45,843 bases of DNA from Candidatus Woesearchaeota archaeon (GTDB lineage: Archaea > Nanobdellota > Nanobdellia > SCGC-AAA011-G17 > PNOQ01): NCBI GenBank assembly GCA_964393215.1, contig CAYMSW010000003.1, positions 1-45,843 of the forward strand, written 5' to 3'. The translations under genes were made by a program, and so were the position numbers. Under the pieces are notes generated by a model. The model did no database searches, was not told where the DNA came from, and worked only from the letters and a program-made list of their open reading frames with translations. This document shows positions 1 to 9,488 of this stretch, piece after piece (the stretch's first letter is position 1; every line of letters begins with the position of its first letter).

Positions 1-626
1 CCCTCCGACATCCCGCTGATCATGGAGGTGTCCGCGGTCCGGTAGTGAAACAGCAATCTCGGAATCCGGTACACCTTTTTGCCGAGTTCCAGAATGGAGA
101 GCCAAAAATCCCAATCCTCCCAACCATAGATCATATTGGGATTGAAGCCCCCCACTCTCTCCCAATCGCCTTTTCGGAACATGGCCGAACAAAAAATGAG
201 GTTACTGACCAGCATCCGGCTCATTTCAAATTCCGGCAATTCCCAAAAACCCGTTTTACCTCCGAAATAAGCCGCTTCGCAGTAGACGATGCCTATATTC
301 GGTTGTTCATCCATCACTCGAACAGCCTGCTCAAGATATTCGCTGCCGATTTTATCGTCGGCATCCAACGGCAGGATATAATCCCCTGTTGCCGCCGCAA
401 TGCCGGTGTTTCTGGCCGTTGGCAGGCCCTGGTTTTCGGTGTGGAGAGTCCGCGTCTTCTGCGGGTGGTAATTTTTTAGTAAATCTACAGTGAATGGATC
501 CGTCGACCCGTCGTTGACCACGATGATTTCATAATCCCCGAAGGTCTGCTCCAGGACCGACGACACTGCCTCTTCCAGATATCGCCCATGGTTAAAGCAA
601 GGTATGACGACACTCACCTTAGGCAT
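1..626 (-). CDS. Family-2 glycosyltransferase (GT-A fold); C-terminus lies beyond the left window edge
   Basis: Not in the supplied ORF track because there is no stop inside the window. My translation of the reverse strand from ATG 626..624 reads MPKVSVVIPCFNHGRYLEEAVSSVLEQTFGDYEIIVVNDGSTDPFT...GDYILPLDADDKIG...FNPNMIYGWEDWDFWLSILE. The frame stays open to position 3. GGAG (rc of 633..636) lies 6 nt upstream of the ATG. Confidence 0.85.
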   Translation of the reverse strand, partial: MPKVSVVIPCFNHGRYLEEAVSSVLEQTFGDYEIIVVNDGSTDPFTVDLLKNYHPQKTRTLHTENQGLPTARNTGIAAATGDYILPLDADDKIGSEYLEQAVRVMDEQPNIGIVYCEAAYFGGKTGFWELPEFEMSRMLVSNLIFCSAMFRKGDWERVGGFNPNMIYGWEDWDFWLSILELGKKVYRIPRLLFHYRTADTSMISGMSE

Positions 627-733
627 ATATCACTCCGCCACTATCCGTGAGGTCTGGTTGTTGGTACTGCACTGTTGGTTCGCCCCCTCCCCTCTTTGCT
701 GTCTGTTCCTTGAGGTATTGGTTCATTGTGTTT

Positions 734-800
734 ATTGGGTTCTTTGAGTTACAGCTAACCCAACAAACGATAGCAATTCAATGAACCTTATTAACCCAAT
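734..800. repeat. Three copies of an 8-mer (TAACCCAA / AACCCAAT: two direct, one inverted) in a 206-nt intergenic gap
   Basis: ATTGGGTT at 734..741 (inverted copy), TAACCCAA at 756..763, and TAACCCAAT at 792..800. Copies one and two form a 7-bp stem with a 15-nt loop. It lies upstream of the GT2 gene that starts at 626. Confidence 0.3.
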
Positions 801-832
801 TCAGCTCTCTGCACCATTCCCCCTGCTTTACG

Positions 833-1543
833 CTAAAACAAATTGTATCTGAATATGCACCATAGCGCCCGGACACCGTCCTTCCAGCCGATTTTCTTCC
901 CTTCGGTATAGGTCCTGCCGCTGTAGGATATCCCTACTTCATAAATCCGGCATTTTAGTTTTGACAACTTGGCCGTAATCTCTGGCTCAATTCCGAATCT
1001 ATTCTCTTGGAGGCGCAGTTGCTCCAACACCTCCCGTCGGAAAACCTTGTAGCATGTCTCCATGTCAGTAAGATTGAGATTGGAAAACATGTTGGACAAC
1101 AAGGTCAAAAACTTGTTTCCCAGCATATGCCAGAAATACAGGACCCTGTGTGCTTCAGACCCCACGAACCGTGAGCCATAGACAACATCCGCCTTTTGCT
1201 CCAAAATGGGGCCCAGCAACTTGGGATACTCCTGGGGATCATATTCCAGATCCGCATCCTGGATCAATACCACATCACCGGTGGCACTGCCGAACCCGGT
1301 GCGAAGCGCGGCGCCCTTCCCCCTGTTAACGGGATGGAAAAGGGTGATGACATGGTCACCGCTCAATGTTTCAATCAACCGGCGGGAACCGTCGGTGGAG
1401 GCGTCATCCACCAAAATGATCTCTTTTTCAAACGGCAGGTCAACAGATTGAATTTGTTCCAAGATTTTTTCAATTGTTTCGAGTTCATTGTAGACCGGTA
1501 CCACTATTGAGAGTTTTCGTGCACTCTCTTGAGCTGAATCCAT
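833..1543 (-). CDS. GT2 glycosyltransferase of the DPM1/GtrB/ArnC type (candidate polyprenyl-phosphate sugar synthase)
   Basis: The track ORF is 833..1558. I prefer the second ATG (1543..1541, MDSAQE...) because GGGAGA lies immediately upstream. Motifs: [52 protein letters not shown]. About half of positions are identical by eye to the N-terminal half of 5479..6906. It overlaps the upstream gene by 40 nt. Confidence 0.85.
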   Translation of the reverse strand: MDSAQESARKLSIVVPVYNELETIEKILEQIQSVDLPFEKEIILVDDASTDGSRRLIETLSGDHVITLFHPVNRGKGAALRTGFGSATGDVVLIQDADLEYDPQEYPKLLGPILEQKADVVYGSRFVGSEAHRVLYFWHMLGNKFLTLLSNMFSNLNLTDMETCYKVFRREVLEQLRLQENRFGIEPEITAKLSKLKCRIYEVGISYSGRTYTEGKKIGWKDGVRALWCIFRYNLF

Positions 1544-2292
1544 ATTTCTCCCATCCATTCATAGATAATTCTTCTTGAAATCGACAGATTTCCGCAACTT
1601 GGCAACCAATTGTCCACGAAGGTTCCCGAAGCTTTTTTAATGACGTAGTTGGTCGGAGCCGGCAGCGGCGCCATGGCAAACGCCTTGAAAATTTTTACGG
1701 CACGTCCCATGTGAGCTGCGGCTGTTACGAGGACGAACGGTTTCTCACCGAGGATTTGTTTGAGCAGTTTTGCTTCCTCATATGTATCCCTTGGCCGATC
1801 TTCAACGAGAAGGTCATCGGTTGCCACCCCTATTTTAACGGCGACATCGCTGACCACGGTTGCATTGGCCGCCGGATCATTTACATTTGTACCGCCGCTG
1901 ATCACCAGGCGGGTTCCGGGTAATAGCCGATGGATACGGATTCCCTCGACGAGCCGATACAGGGAATCCCCTCCGATCTGGGAGGTGGTCGGCAATTTTG
2001 GATCGGACACATGTCCGCTTCCCAGAACCACCACGAAACTGATTTGCGCCTTGACTTCAGGTGCCAATCGCTCCACTGCCAGCGGTGGGTAAAGCTGTTC
2101 GACACGATGGAGTGCATTTTTCGTAAAAACTCCGTATCCGAAAAAAAGAAGCACCCATATTCCCGAACCCGTAAAGACCAATGATAGGCGTCTTTTTTTT
2201 AATAAACAAAACCCCATACCGAAGATTAACAGGATCAGGGCAATGGAGAGCGGCGAAATGAGAGGTACGACAAATCGTCCCAAATGAATCAT
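1504..2292 (-). CDS. DUF218 / YdcF-ElyC-SanA family protein with N-terminal membrane anchor
   Basis: The track ORF 1504..2400 starts at a TTG. I prefer ATG 2292..2290 ([11 protein letters not shown]...), which forms an ATGA overlap with the stop (TGA 2291..2289) of the upstream gene. DUF218-type core: VVVLGSGH...RLVISGGT...[13 protein letters not shown]...[17 protein letters not shown]. Two hydrophobic helices precede it. Confidence 0.8.
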   Translation of the reverse strand: MIHLGRFVVPLISPLSIALILLIFGMGFCLLKKRRLSLVFTGSGIWVLLFFGYGVFTKNALHRVEQLYPPLAVERLAPEVKAQISFVVVLGSGHVSDPKLPTTSQIGGDSLYRLVEGIRIHRLLPGTRLVISGGTNVNDPAANATVVSDVAVKIGVATDDLLVEDRPRDTYEEAKLLKQILGEKPFVLVTAAAHMGRAVKIFKAFAMAPLPAPTNYVIKKASGTFVDNWLPSCGNLSISRRIIYEWMGEIWIQLKRVHENSQ

Positions 2293-4076
2293 AAGGAAGC
2301 TGTTTTGCGATTTAGAAAGTAGAAATATGGAAAAAGAGTCATCAGTAAAAGCGGTATTACTTGCAGGGTCAAGCGGTTCCAGTTGGCGCCGAACATCCAA
2401 TGGACGGAACCGTCATAAAAGACATTGAGGATGAAAGCGCCGGCCAGCATACCGGACGGAATTATCAAATCGATCCGGATATGGCGCCCTCCCCTGATCA
2501 AGGCGTATACCGCTGCTCCGGATATCAGAAACAGAACGATGTTCCATTGTCGGACGTCCATCCATATTGAAAGAGCACTCCTTATGCCATCGGGGCATCT
2601 TGAGAGTGCCCATCCGATGTGTTCGGCATCGAAATGAAGGTTACTCGTGGTGGCGGATACCAGTCCCAGTTTTATTTTTATCCACCAGAACCAGGGACCG
2701 TAAATCAACAATACCGGGGCCAAAAACCCCGATATATTTTTCAAACATCCACCCGGATCGTTAAAGAAAATCCAAAATAGGACCAGAAGACAAAAGAAAA
2801 TGCCTTCATTTTTGGCATGGCAGGCGGCGGCTACAAAGATACCAGTCATGAGAAGATCGACAAAAAAACGTTCATCACGCCATCTCAACAGAGATGCAAA
2901 GGAGCATGCAAGCATGAGCCACAATGCAGACTCCGCATAAGCCCAGGAGGCCACCAGGGGAGCACAGGGAACAGAAATAAAAACAGCTGCGCCGAGCCAT
3001 CCGGCAATGGAAAGCCCGGTTTGCCGTTTGACAGACAGGCCCACTTCCCAGGCGGTCAACGCCATCAGCACGGCCCCCCATGCTTTGCTCCAATGTTCCT
3101 CCCAGCCGCCTGAGGTCCAAGCGGCAAATGCCCATGTAGAGGGCCAGAGCAAGGGATAATCCGACATTCCGAGATGGGCAAGATTAACCAAAGGGCCTTC
3201 CCCAAGAGCCAGGTATTTGGCCTTGGGCCCCCATGTCGCCCATGCATCCCAATCATCCGGTACAACGCTGCATGCCATCAATAGACTCCAAAAAAAACCG
3301 GCCGCAAGCAATACGGCAGACAACCCTGTGACGAGACGCGTCGTGAACGTTCCGCCCGAAAAGATCTCCACGGGATTGAAGCTCAGGGGAATTCGACGTT
3401 GACCGGCAATGCTAAATAACGCTGTCATCCACCCGGTCAAACCCAAAGCGGTTACTATCCACATGGCGACGTCAGACGACCCGGTTGTAATACGGGCGGC
3501 AATGGTGAGCATTGTCAGTCCCAGCAAAGTCAAGGCAAACAACTCAGGCAATCGGGAAAGCCTCAAACCGGTGATCTTTCCAATGAGAAGCGATAGGCCG
3601 AAAACAATTATCACGGAGAGCCAGAGTGCCCGAAAAGATGGGCCCATCGCGGGACGCGCACCGGGCTTTGAAAGGCCGGGTTCAATTTCGCTGCCTTCGA
3701 CTTGAATCTCATCACCGGCGACGCGTATCCGGTTTGTGCCCTCTTGTGTTGGGATGCGTGGAGAGAGTATGTATACAAGATAGGATCGGTCGACGACGGA
3801 TGCATCAAGAGCATAGGGCATCTGCATTGGCCATGTATTGTCGATATGCTCGATTTCACGCAGGATCGGTGGGAGGCCGGCTCTCTGGAAAACGACCCCG
3901 CGTTGAACGCTGATTGGTTTACCAAGATAGAGAATTCGCTCCCGTCCCCACCAGAGATGGTACATGGCTGCAAGGGCTGCGATGGAAACCAGCATCCAGG
4001 CTCCCAACAGCAGAAGGCCTGCCTGTGAATACCGGGTAGAAAAGGAAAAATCCTTACCGTTGGGACTGAAAAACAT
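2289..4076 (-). CDS. Polytopic inner-membrane protein, candidate GT-C-fold glycosyltransferase (function tentative)
   Basis: 595 aa with an ATG start. It has one N-terminal TM (AGLLLLGAWMLVSIAALAAMY), a roughly 110-aa non-hydrophobic segment, then ten or more hydrophobic spans. There is an acidic loop motif VVPDDWDAWATWGPKA. I recognised no soluble catalytic domain. The gene is noticeably GC-richer than the neighbouring membrane-protein genes. Confidence 0.55.
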   Translation of the reverse strand: MFFSPNGKDFSFSTRYSQAGLLLLGAWMLVSIAALAAMYHLWWGRERILYLGKPISVQRGVVFQRAGLPPILREIEHIDNTWPMQMPYALDASVVDRSYLVYILSPRIPTQEGTNRIRVAGDEIQVEGSEIEPGLSKPGARPAMGPSFRALWLSVIIVFGLSLLIGKITGLRLSRLPELFALTLLGLTMLTIAARITTGSSDVAMWIVTALGLTGWMTALFSIAGQRRIPLSFNPVEIFSGGTFTTRLVTGLSAVLLAAGFFWSLLMACSVVPDDWDAWATWGPKAKYLALGEGPLVNLAHLGMSDYPLLWPSTWAFAAWTSGGWEEHWSKAWGAVLMALTAWEVGLSVKRQTGLSIAGWLGAAVFISVPCAPLVASWAYAESALWLMLACSFASLLRWRDERFFVDLLMTGIFVAAACHAKNEGIFFCLLVLFWIFFNDPGGCLKNISGFLAPVLLIYGPWFWWIKIKLGLVSATTSNLHFDAEHIGWALSRCPDGIRSALSIWMDVRQWNIVLFLISGAAVYALIRGGRHIRIDLIIPSGMLAGAFILNVFYDGSVHWMFGANWNRLTLQVIPLLLMTLFPYFYFLNRKTASL

Positions 4077-5451
4077 GGTGCAATATCCCTACGAAAGCAT
4101 GGAGGTGGCTTTTTAGATCATAAAAGGACCGAAGGTTCTGGACACGGCTCAAGATATAGGCCGGGCGCAGGTAAAAATCCCTAAAGGACTGATCAAAATA
4201 ATGCTGGACCCTTTCCCTGGAAATGGATGGAAGGTTTAAAATGGCATGTGAAAGATCGTACCGTTGCCAATCAGTGTGAGCCAGCAATCCCTCGCTGAGA
4301 GCCCATTTATACATGGCGGTTCCTGGATAGGGTGTTGTGATATTATAGACAGCAAACTGGATTCCCATTTCTTTCGAGTAAGCCAGCGTTCGTTGGATAT
4401 CGTGGGTTGTTTCCCCCGGGCTTCCGAGCATAAATGCCCCGCGAACATCGATTCCGGCCTTCCGTGTCATTTCCGTTACGGCTATATAATCGATGTCCCG
4501 AATTTGTTTGTTCATAGTTTTGAGGGTTTTGTCGGCCGCAGCTTCAAATCCGTACATAATTTGATGGCATCCCGAAGCGGACATCAGTTTCAAAAGGTCG
4601 GCATTGATGTTGTCGACACGGGCAAAGCATGACCAGGTAATGTCTACGTGACGTTCAATAAGCAACTCACAAAGCATCTCGACGCGTTTACGATTGGTAG
4701 TGAATGTGTCGTCATAAAACGATATTTCCCTAATTCCGTAGTGCGTTTTTAGGAGGCGTATATGATCTATCACAATTTCCGGGTCCGTATACCGTATCTT
4801 TCGGCCGAACATTCCGGAGAAACAAAAGGTACATTGTCCCGGACACCCGCGTGAAGTAATCATACCAATGGAGGGGCTTCGCTTAGCGGCTCCCAAAGCA
4901 GAACGATAATACTGCATAGGCAAAAGATCGTAGGCGGGGTAAGGCAATTGATCAAGATCCACATTGTGCCCTGTATCCTCGTTGACTGTGATACGGCCAT
5001 TTTTGTCCCGCCAAGTGATGCCTGAAATGCTTTCCAGTGCATCACCTTCAGCCAGTTGGGCAATTGCCTCATCCCCTTCATTACGCACGACAATATCACA
5101 GACACCCTCTTCAACAAACTGCTGATGAAAAAGGGTGGGATGGACTCCACCGAACACGATCTTTACATGGGGATACGCGTTTTTAATACGGCGCGCCAGA
5201 AGAACAACGTTTTGGATCTCAACGGTCATGGCTGACATGCCAACGATGTCGACACCGGTATCGATCTGATGAAGTACCTTTTGGTCGGTAAGGTTTAGCG
5301 CATAGCCATCAATAACCTTGACAACATGGCCCCTTGCTTTGAGAATACCGGCAAGCAGGGCCAAACCCAGGGGAGGCATGACGGAGTGAATCTTATGCCA
5401 GATGTTTCCCTTGGCAAATCTACGATTCGGGTTGATTAAAATTATTTTCAA
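4054..5451 (-). CDS. Class B (cobalamin-binding domain) radical SAM enzyme
   Basis: N-terminal B12-binding-type segment (VDIVGMSAMT...KIVFGGVHPT), followed by the radical SAM cluster motif CPGQCTFC (CX3CX2C) in ITSRGCPGQCTFCFSG. TTG start 5451..5449; MKIILINP is a typical N-terminus for this family. It overlaps the downstream gene by 23 nt. Confidence 0.85.
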   Translation of the reverse strand: MKIILINPNRRFAKGNIWHKIHSVMPPLGLALLAGILKARGHVVKVIDGYALNLTDQKVLHQIDTGVDIVGMSAMTVEIQNVVLLARRIKNAYPHVKIVFGGVHPTLFHQQFVEEGVCDIVVRNEGDEAIAQLAEGDALESISGITWRDKNGRITVNEDTGHNVDLDQLPYPAYDLLPMQYYRSALGAAKRSPSIGMITSRGCPGQCTFCFSGMFGRKIRYTDPEIVIDHIRLLKTHYGIREISFYDDTFTTNRKRVEMLCELLIERHVDITWSCFARVDNINADLLKLMSASGCHQIMYGFEAAADKTLKTMNKQIRDIDYIAVTEMTRKAGIDVRGAFMLGSPGETTHDIQRTLAYSKEMGIQFAVYNITTPYPGTAMYKWALSEGLLAHTDWQRYDLSHAILNLPSISRERVQHYFDQSFRDFYLRPAYILSRVQNLRSFYDLKSHLHAFVGILHHVFQSQR

Positions 5452-5478
5452 GAGATACCGTTCAACGTTTTTTGTTGA

Positions 5479-6906
5479 TTATCCACAATTGTTTTTTTTT
5501 GTTACAATTGCGATTATAGACAGACCCTGCCATGGCAGGAGGTGTTCGACAAACTTCCACAGCCATACAAATTGATCGAAAATCTTCAGTTGAAATCGGC
5601 TCAGTGTCTTTTTTCGGAGTATTTTCCCATTTATATACCAACCGGGCACACTGATGCGGTTAAAAGTGAAAATTTTGACTACTTCGAATCCCGTGTTCGT
5701 CAGAATATCGGACAAGCCTTGTACTTCATAACGTCTGAAATGGTCCACTGCCTCATCCATCGATCCGAATAGGTTCTGTGATCTCGGCACTAGAATACAC
5801 GCGTGTCCACCGTCCTCAAGTACGCTATAAATGTTGGCCAACGCATGTTTATCGTCCTCAATATGTTCTAGAACATTCAGACATACAACGGTATCAAATT
5901 TTTCTTGTAAATTTCCGAATTGACCGACATTGGTTACATCTAATGACCGGATCTGAATATTTCTTCTGCCCTCGTACAAGTTCCTAAGGTAATTCAGATG
6001 CACTCCGTCTATTTCGGTGGCAAGGTATCGATAACGCGGCGTCAGGAAACGGGTGATATTCCCCATGCCGGCTCCAATCTCTAGCACTGCTTCCCCGACC
6101 CAGGGTTTGATGGCATCGGCCATCCAGTCATTGAAGCGATGGGACGATGAAAGTTCCGATAGAAACTTATGTCCATACTGTTCATTATAGAGGTCATCCA
6201 CGATCCAAAAATAAAGCATGACAAAAATTGCTTTCACACCGTCTCGCCAAGTGATCTTCTTGCCCTCTTCGTAGCTTCGACCTCTGTAGGAAACCGGGAC
6301 TTCGTATATCCGGAATCCCTTTTTTGCGAATTTGGCTGTTAACTCAGGCTCCATTCCAAAACGGTCGCAACGGATCGGTAGCGATTTCAGAATGTCCGTG
6401 CGAGCCATTTTGTAGCAGGTTTCCATATCCGTAAGGTTCAGGCCTGTGAGGATATTTGAAATTGTAGTTAAAACACGATTCCCAAGGCTGTGCCAGATAT
6501 ATAGCACCCTTCTGTACTCACTGGTCGTGAATCGGGAACCATAAACCACATCCGCGTCACCATTCAAAATCGGGGCCATGAGTTTGACATACTCACGGGG
6601 ATCATATTCCAGATCGGCATCTTGAATCACGCATATATCTCCCGATGCCGCTTCTACTGCTCTTCTAATAGCTGCCCCTTTGCCTTGATTTTCCGGTTGC
6701 TGCAAAAACACAATCGCTTTATGTTCCGCTGCTAACTGAATAACAATTTCACTGCTATTATCTGTTGACCCGTCATCAACGACAATCAGTTCACGTTCGA
6801 TACCATCAGGTAGAGGCGCCTCAAGCGCTTCCATCACTGCTTCCTCAACATAGTACTGCTCATTGAAAACTGGGATAAGAATACTGAGTTTATTGTAGTG
6901 ATTCAT
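5479..6906 (-). CDS. Fusion protein: DPM1/GtrB-like GT2 domain (N-terminal) + class I SAM-dependent methyltransferase domain (C-terminal)
   Basis: N-terminal half: [51 protein letters not shown]; it is a paralog of 833..1543. C-terminal half: [15 protein letters not shown] (SAM-binding glycine loop) and [16 protein letters not shown] start. Confidence 0.85.
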   Translation of the reverse strand: MNHYNKLSILIPVFNEQYYVEEAVMEALEAPLPDGIERELIVVDDGSTDNSSEIVIQLAAEHKAIVFLQQPENQGKGAAIRRAVEAASGDICVIQDADLEYDPREYVKLMAPILNGDADVVYGSRFTTSEYRRVLYIWHSLGNRVLTTISNILTGLNLTDMETCYKMARTDILKSLPIRCDRFGMEPELTAKFAKKGFRIYEVPVSYRGRSYEEGKKITWRDGVKAIFVMLYFWIVDDLYNEQYGHKFLSELSSSHRFNDWMADAIKPWVGEAVLEIGAGMGNITRFLTPRYRYLATEIDGVHLNYLRNLYEGRRNIQIRSLDVTNVGQFGNLQEKFDTVVCLNVLEHIEDDKHALANIYSVLEDGGHACILVPRSQNLFGSMDEAVDHFRRYEVQGLSDILTNTGFEVVKIFTFNRISVPGWYINGKILRKKTLSRFQLKIFDQFVWLWKFVEHLLPWQGLSIIAIVTKKNNCG

Positions 6907-6973
6907 GGGAAGAAACCAATACTATCAAAGAGGAGGTTAAACCGAATTACAATTCCAGACAGAGCTTTCGTGA

Positions 6974-9310
6974 CTATCCTGATTTACGGTCAGCCGAACG
7001 TATCTCTAAGTTGTAAAGTCGGTATAAGCCAGGTTCCCGACCCGGATCTATCCGTACACGCCCGATTATATTTTTTGAAGGAAACACGGCATACACAATG
7101 TTCGTCCCTTTTTTGATGGGACGGATCACACTCTGGTGTTCATTGTAAATCGGTTTTGACCTGGTCTGATAGAAAAATTGCATCTCCGTTTTAACTGGAC
7201 TCCAGATGTGCACCTTGACAATCGAAATATCCGAGTTAAATGACCTGAACTCCGGCAATTGGAAAAAAGGATCTTTCCCCTTCGAGTCTAACAAAATGCT
7301 TTCTTTGAAGGTGCTAATATCGATCTCGTTAAGCGGCTTAAGTTTGTCCGCATTGCACTTTGAGTTGAGAATAAGGTTGATGTTTTTTGACTGCGAAAAG
7401 GTAATTTCAGGATTACGATAGTGGGTATGATAGTCTCCTGCTGAAATCCATTGGTCGCCTCTTCCCGGAAGATGCTCAATCACACCCTCTGCGACAAATA
7501 TCATACAAGACCAGTCAAGATCTTTTTTTGAAATTTGGTATTTCCTTTTTTTGCCTTTTCGCTCTGAATACCAGACATGCCGAGTCTCTAACCCCGCATT
7601 CATAGCCCTCCAAGTAAGAGGATAATCAACACTGTTAGGTCCGAGAATCAACCCGATATTGCTACATTGGTTCGACCTAGCCGTTCTAAAAAGGTGATCG
7701 TGCGGATCTTTTAAGCCGCTGTTCGTGTAATATGCCGGTATTCTAGAAGGCTCCTCCCCCCAAAAAAAAGATAGCTGGAGCGGACGTGAGGGTACGTTTC
7801 CGGCCGTGAAGAGTGCGTAGGCTAATGAATAACTTGCGGTAATGATGATACAAGTTCGAATAATATGAAAAGGCGTGCCCGAACGTTTGACACTGATTCC
7901 AAGAAAATGGAAAGATGCCGGTAGAAGGAAAAAAATTGGAAGCTGTAACCGCGTTAACCAGATCTGATCCTTAACCACAAGGCCAAATACAAACCATGAC
8001 AAAATAGGAGGCAACGCAAGCAGTGATGCACGAAGAGCGTTCCGATTTCTCAGCAGAAAGGGGATTATAAGAATTGTTAGCGAAGATAAAAGAAAAATGG
8101 CGAGGAATTGGATCGGATTGCCGACTACATCTTCCTGACAATTGAAAACGTTCTGATTGAATATGGGGCCTCTTATCCCCATTTTCTGGAGTAAATCCTT
8201 CGTTTTTTGGGGAAATGGAGAATTTTGGGCAACCATTTTAAGGGGATTTTTAAATCGATCTGTATTCCATTCAGATAATAAAGGATAGACTTCATGCCTT
8301 GGAAGACTGTACCTTGCTTTTCGATATATATCCGTACCGCTCGTCACTGCAAAAAAAGACATGGTAATGATCATGCCAAGCGCAATCTTCTTCAGGATAT
8401 TATAATTTTTAAGAATGTGGCCAACTTGTATGACAATACCGATTAAAACGAAGGGGGCTGAAACAAGCAATGATGTCGGCTTGACTAAAAAACCGCCACC
8501 TATACATATCCCTGCAATTGCATAGTCCCACGTTTGCATTTTTGAAATTTTTCCAATGACAACTCTGCGCAATGAGATAATAATTGACAGGGCCATAGCT
8601 GCGGCAATCAAGTCATTTTTTGGGTTCGATGCCTGCATCACGGCCATGGGAGCCGTCGATGAGATGATAACAATAAATGGAGCCCAAAGTCTAGGAATTC
8701 GGTATATTCGTGTGAGATAGCTGGAAGAAAAAATTAAAACGAGTAAGGCGAAGAACTGACCGAAATTTGCTAGACGATCGGAACGTGTCAATAACTGGAA
8801 AAACAGGACAATGTATTCGGAACCTGGTCCCATTTCATTCTGACGATCAATGATTGTTTGATAATACGAGACACTATGATTTTGTATCCAATGAGCTACC
8901 CTTGACATATGATAGGTATGGGTATCGTAATTGTTTGGTGGGTACAACCAGGCTGTGAATCCAATAGTGATCAGCAAGGGCAACAGGAAGAGAAATGTTT
9001 TGTTACAGCCGATTCTTTTTAATTTACGATAATATTGACGGAAGAGATACAAAATCCCCGTTTTTTCATTGATAATAATTAATACAATTCCCGTTGCCAA
9101 TAACACCAAGTGTAAGGTCAATAAAGGTATCCGGTCTACGGCCTTAAATAAACTCAATAGGTTCAACAGCAAGGATTCGATACCAATAAGGGCTGCAAAT
9201 GCAATCGGCAATGCCCCTGAAAGATGTATAGACCGAAATCTGCTTATCGCATGAGCCAAAACGGCTATAAGCGCCGTGAATATAAAAAGAGCCGTGAGAT
9301 TCATCACCAT
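6974..9310 (-). CDS. Large polytopic membrane protein, GT-C-like, with a roughly 200-aa C-terminal soluble region ending in a domain shared with 10227..12395
   Basis: 778 aa with many hydrophobic spans over about 560 aa. The loop motif WLYPPNNYDTHTYHMSRVAHW (about residues 121-141) follows a TM, as in GT-C first loops. The C-terminal segment IVKVHIWSPVKTEMQFFYQT...RIDPGREPGLYRLYNLEIRS is homologous to the C-terminus of 10227..12395. ATG start. Confidence 0.6.
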   Translation of the reverse strand: MVMNLTALFIFTALIAVLAHAISRFRSIHLSGALPIAFAALIGIESLLLNLLSLFKAVDRIPLLTLHLVLLATGIVLIIINEKTGILYLFRQYYRKLKRIGCNKTFLFLLPLLITIGFTAWLYPPNNYDTHTYHMSRVAHWIQNHSVSYYQTIIDRQNEMGPGSEYIVLFFQLLTRSDRLANFGQFFALLVLIFSSSYLTRIYRIPRLWAPFIVIISSTAPMAVMQASNPKNDLIAAAMALSIIISLRRVVIGKISKMQTWDYAIAGICIGGGFLVKPTSLLVSAPFVLIGIVIQVGHILKNYNILKKIALGMIITMSFFAVTSGTDIYRKARYSLPRHEVYPLLSEWNTDRFKNPLKMVAQNSPFPQKTKDLLQKMGIRGPIFNQNVFNCQEDVVGNPIQFLAIFLLSSLTILIIPFLLRNRNALRASLLALPPILSWFVFGLVVKDQIWLTRLQLPIFFLLPASFHFLGISVKRSGTPFHIIRTCIIITASYSLAYALFTAGNVPSRPLQLSFFWGEEPSRIPAYYTNSGLKDPHDHLFRTARSNQCSNIGLILGPNSVDYPLTWRAMNAGLETRHVWYSERKGKKRKYQISKKDLDWSCMIFVAEGVIEHLPGRGDQWISAGDYHTHYRNPEITFSQSKNINLILNSKCNADKLKPLNEIDISTFKESILLDSKGKDPFFQLPEFRSFNSDISIVKVHIWSPVKTEMQFFYQTRSKPIYNEHQSVIRPIKKGTNIVYAVFPSKNIIGRVRIDPGREPGLYRLYNLEIRSADRKSG

Positions 9311-9488
9311 ATTGTGTCAGTTGTCACCATATTTTTCTGGTATTGTTTTGATTATTTTGATAAATAACTGCGATTAATTTACAGGGAAGGGCAATCTCGG
9401 AAGACCCGGGAACTCTATATCTGTCCCAAACCATAGAAACCTTTCCCCTTATAAAACTTATCAGCCGAATACCAGCATGAGGTGCAAA

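Noticed and set aside
45-479. 144-aa plus-strand ORF at the left edge, the only track ORF covering 1..626
   Set aside because: The opposite strand encodes an unmistakable GT2 (MPKVSVVIPCFNHG...DADD...). It is missing from the track only because its stop lies outside the window. The plus-strand product has no recognisable features.
619-726. 35-aa hydrophilic minus-strand ORF (MNQYLKEQTAKRGGGEPTVQYQQPDLTDSGGVIYA) overlapping the start of the GT2 at 626
   Set aside because: It has no RBS and no recognisable features, and its stop overlaps the GT2 start out of frame. It is plausible as a leader peptide, but there is no evidence beyond the open frame.
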